From Guillardia theta CCMP2712 (Eukaryota > Protista > Cryptophyta), in NCBI RefSeq assembly GCF_000315625.1, contig NW_005434575.1, positions 173,236-237,235 on the forward strand: 64,000 nt of DNA. The letters run 5' to 3'. The notes beneath the pieces were generated by a model. The model saw only the letters and a program-made list of their open reading frames with translations. It was not told where the DNA came from and did no database searches. How positions within the stretch are numbered: position 1 is the first letter of the stretch; each line of letters begins with the position of its first letter. The position numbers and the translations under genes were made by a program. Shown in pieces: positions 60,908 to 64,000 of this stretch.

Positions 60908-61996
60908 ATGAATCTCGGTTCATGGGCGAAGGCGCTCGAAAAGGCCGTGGACAAGAGTCTCGGCATCGACACCTCGCAGGCAGACTCCGCGCTAGGTAAG
61001 CCTGTGCCCTCACTTGCGCTCCCCTGCCCCACTGACAGGAAGAAACCTTTTGCAGCTGCCTCAAGCAGGGAGGAGGGGTCGTTTGTGGACACGGCCTTTG
61101 GGAAGGAGAACGCGCAGAAGCTGAAAGGAACGTCACAGAAGTGGGTGGATAAGGTGGTGACAACGGCAGCCAAAGGGCAGCCGAAGATTCCGATCCCTGA
61201 TGATTTCCTTGGAGACCTTGGCTTCCTCAACGCCAAGACTGGGCCCAAGAAGGGGAGGGAGGGAGGGGAGGACAAGGAGGAGAACGGAGGAGAGAAGGGT
61301 GAGCATCATGGCTCTGAGGTGTCCAGGCAGGCAAGGAGCTCAGCAGGAGGCAGGTCGACGCGGCTCCAAGCTGACAAGGTTAGAATGGACATCGACGAGG
61401 ATTTCTTCAAGCTGTTGAATGCGCCGAAACAAAGAGATTCGGCTTCCGAGGACGCGGTCAAGCAAGGAGCAGTGCCTGCGGGGGAGGAGGCGAAGTCAAC
61501 GACACGTGGGGGAGCGATGAGCATGGGGAGGGGGGCAGTCCCAGTGGAGACCGTCGATGACGGGGGTTGGAAGGATGTGCCCCTGTTGGATGGGAAGGAT
61601 CAGGATCGGGCTCCATCGGGAGCGACGGATAGCAAGCAGATTGAAGCTCCTGCGACAAGCCCGCTGACGTCCTCCTTCCCTCCACATGACTCGGACACTT
61701 CTGTCGTGCCAAGGGGCAACACTGAGGTGGAGGTGGAGCAGGAGGCGCACGGGGGGGAAGGGGAGGGAGGAGGGAATGAGGAGGAGACAGAGGGATTGAT
61801 GGAAGAAGTTCAGACTCAGTCAGCCACTCGCCAAGAGGACTCGCTGGTGAGCTCGGACTTGGAGGCTGTCAGCGGTCGTCAGGAGGAGAGGGAGGAGGAT
61901 GAAGCGCAACAAGCGCAGCAGTCAGGAGGTTTCGACTCGCCGAAAGTTGAAGAGCCCCAGGAGAATTGTGCGACCGCACGAATTCAGGAGAACAAT

Positions 61997-62058
<62 letters not shown>

Positions 62059-62118
62059 CGAGCATCAGGAGCAGCAGCATGAGCGGCAGCAGCAACAGGA
62101 GCAGCAGCAGCAGCAGCA

Positions 62119-62150
<32 letters not shown>

Positions 62151-63723
62151 AGCGACGTCTACAAGGTTGTAGTCCCTTGGTTTGACATGTCCGCGAGAAG
62201 CTGAAACCTTGTGACAGTTGACAAGCCAGCTGGAAAGGAGCAGGAGCAGCAACCAGCTCGGGAGCTGCCGCCGAGCAATCAGCCAGCAGCTGACAAGGCT
62301 GCAGAGGCAGTAGCCGAGGTCAGCTCGCCCCCAGCTCAGGTGCAAGTCAGGGGGCAAGTTGACAAGGGGCCTGGTGAGGGCTTGATCGAGCAAGAGAGGG
62401 TCGACCAGCTGGTGGCTCTGCTGGACTCGAAGGAGACTGAGGTGATCCCCAGCTCGCCTCCTGCTGGGCGTGGCTGAAGTTTGACCTGCAGATGAACCGG
62501 GTCAAGAAGGAGTCAGCCGACTCAAGGTCAGGCTGCTCTCCCTCCTCCTCCCTTGCAGTGTCTGCCCTCCTTCCCTCCCCTCCCCTCTCCTCCCCTCCCA
62601 TATCCACTCTTCCGCCCCTCTCCCTCCCCCTCCTCACCTCTCCTCCCTCCCTTCTCAGCTCCTCTCAGGTGCAGGTGGAACAGCTCAAGGTGGCTCTGTC
62701 CAAGAGCGGGAGAGTCTTGCAGGAGATCACGCTCGAGGCGGAGGACAAGCAGCAGGAGNNNNNNNNNNNNNNNNNNNNNNNNNNNNNNNNNNNNNNNNNN
62801 NNNNNNNNNNNNNNNNNNNNNNNNNNNNNNNNNNNNNNNNNNNNNNNNNNNNNNNNNNNNNNNNNNNNNNNNNNNNNNNNNNNNNNNNNNNNNNNNNNNN
62901 NNNNNNNNNNNNNNNNNNNNNNNNNNNNNNNNNNNNNNNNNNNNNNNNNNNNNNNNNNNNNNNNNNNNNNNNNNNNNNNNNNNNNNNNNNNNNNNNNNNN
63001 NNNNNNNNNNNNNNNNNNNNNNNNNNNNNNNNNNNNNNNNNNNNNNNNNNNNNNNNNNNNNNNNNNNNNNNNNNNNNNNNNNNNNNNNNNNNNNNNNNNN
63101 NNNNNNNNNNNNNNNNNNNNNNNNNNNNNNNNNNNNNNNNNNNNNGTAAAAGCCTTCGGCATACGATTCATATTGTGATCCTGCTCATTATTCAAGGTGG
63201 TAAGGATTTCATCCGAACAGTCTGCCGCGGTTCAGGCTCCAAGTCGATAGTGGGTGGCGTATCCTAGAGGCACCAGATCCAAGTGGAGAACGATTTTCCG
63301 ATGGTGGAGGTGGAGGTGGTGGTGGAGGAGGAGGAGGAGGATATGACGCACAAGAGAGGCGGCAGGGAGGGGCGGGAAGAGGAGAAACGGAGGGAAGGGG
63401 AAGAGGAGGGAGGGAGCAAAAGGGGGAAGGGAGACAGGAAGCTGTGGAGAGTCAGGAGGGACTGACTGGGTTCCTTGAAGGCTGAGGAAGCAGCTGAAGG
63501 AGAAGGACGACGAGATCAACAAACAGCGAGAAGCTCGTGCCAACGATCAGGCGAAGATGAGAGAGTACGAGGAGAGGATTGCAGCCGCCGGTATGCTGAT
63601 GGCGGAAGAGCAAGAGGGGAGGAGAGGAGAATGGAAAGAGGGTGCGGGGGTTAGAGGAGAAAATGAGGCAGGTCGAGACGAGGGAGATGGAGAGATCGGT
63701 TGAGATTTGGGAGTGTAGAGGAT

Positions 63724-63762
<39 letters not shown>

Positions 63763-63838
63763 ATGCCTTCTTAACTTGACTGCAGGTATGTCGAATGAAA
63801 AGACTGAAGAGAATCTTGCACAAATCCGTTCATTTAGG
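60908..63838 (+). CDS. Golgin-like coiled-coil protein (TMF1/GC5-like), 5' part; continues beyond the window
   Basis: N-terminal NLGSWAKALEKAVDKSLGID resembles the TMF capture motif; then a long acidic disordered region and coiled-coil exons (LRKQLKEKDDEINKQRE). Confidence 0.5.
62759..63145. other. Assembly gap
   Basis: Run of N. Confidence 1.
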
Positions 63839-63848
63839 TACTCATTCA

Positions 63849-63998
63849 TCTCCTCTCCTCTCCTCTCCTCTCCTCTCCTCTCCTCTCCTCTCCTCTCCTC
63901 TCCTCTCCTCTCCTCTCCTCTCTTCTTCTCTCCTCTCCTCTCCTCTCCTCTCCTCTCCTCTCCTCTCTTCTTCTCTCCTCTCCTCTCCTCTCCTCTCC
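63849..63998. repeat. (TCTCC)n microsatellite
   Basis: Direct reading. Confidence 0.95.
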
Positions 63999-64000
63999 AC

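Noticed and set aside
1-64000. tRNA/rRNA genes and autonomous transposases
   Set aside because: None recognised by eye; GC-rich hairpins lack cloverleaf or box A/B features. tRNAscan-SE or Infernal would be needed to exclude them.

Overview
Gene-dense eukaryotic nuclear DNA with short spliceosomal introns (mostly about 45-100 nt, several GC-AG), many microsatellites and four assembly gaps. A bipartite plastid-targeting leader on the enoyl-ACP reductase and the overall style suggest a secondary red-plastid alga such as a Guillardia-like cryptophyte (inference). About 19 genes are supportable: TTL-family ligase (partial), EEP/sphingomyelinase-like enzyme, VPS25, an ankyrin protein, a large 2x propeller + SAM-methyltransferase + GT77 fusion, MED16, a type II membrane collagen, a Cys-less pentameric ligand-gated ion channel, a UPF1/SEN1-like helicase, a cNMP + 6x CxCHG-MORN protein, an AspH-like hydroxylase, a MORN-PA protein, plastid FabI, a TMF-like golgin and several hypotheticals. 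The most striking unexplained signal is non-coding. Intergenic GC-rich islands are built of tiny hairpins. Hand comparison of paralogous copies inside the window shows they diverge mainly by 4-12 nt fold-back (palindrome-creating) insertions and hardly by substitutions, which points to a localized mutational, repair or genome-defence process. TACCC-rich tracts lie next to most of these islands. All exon models were built by eye.
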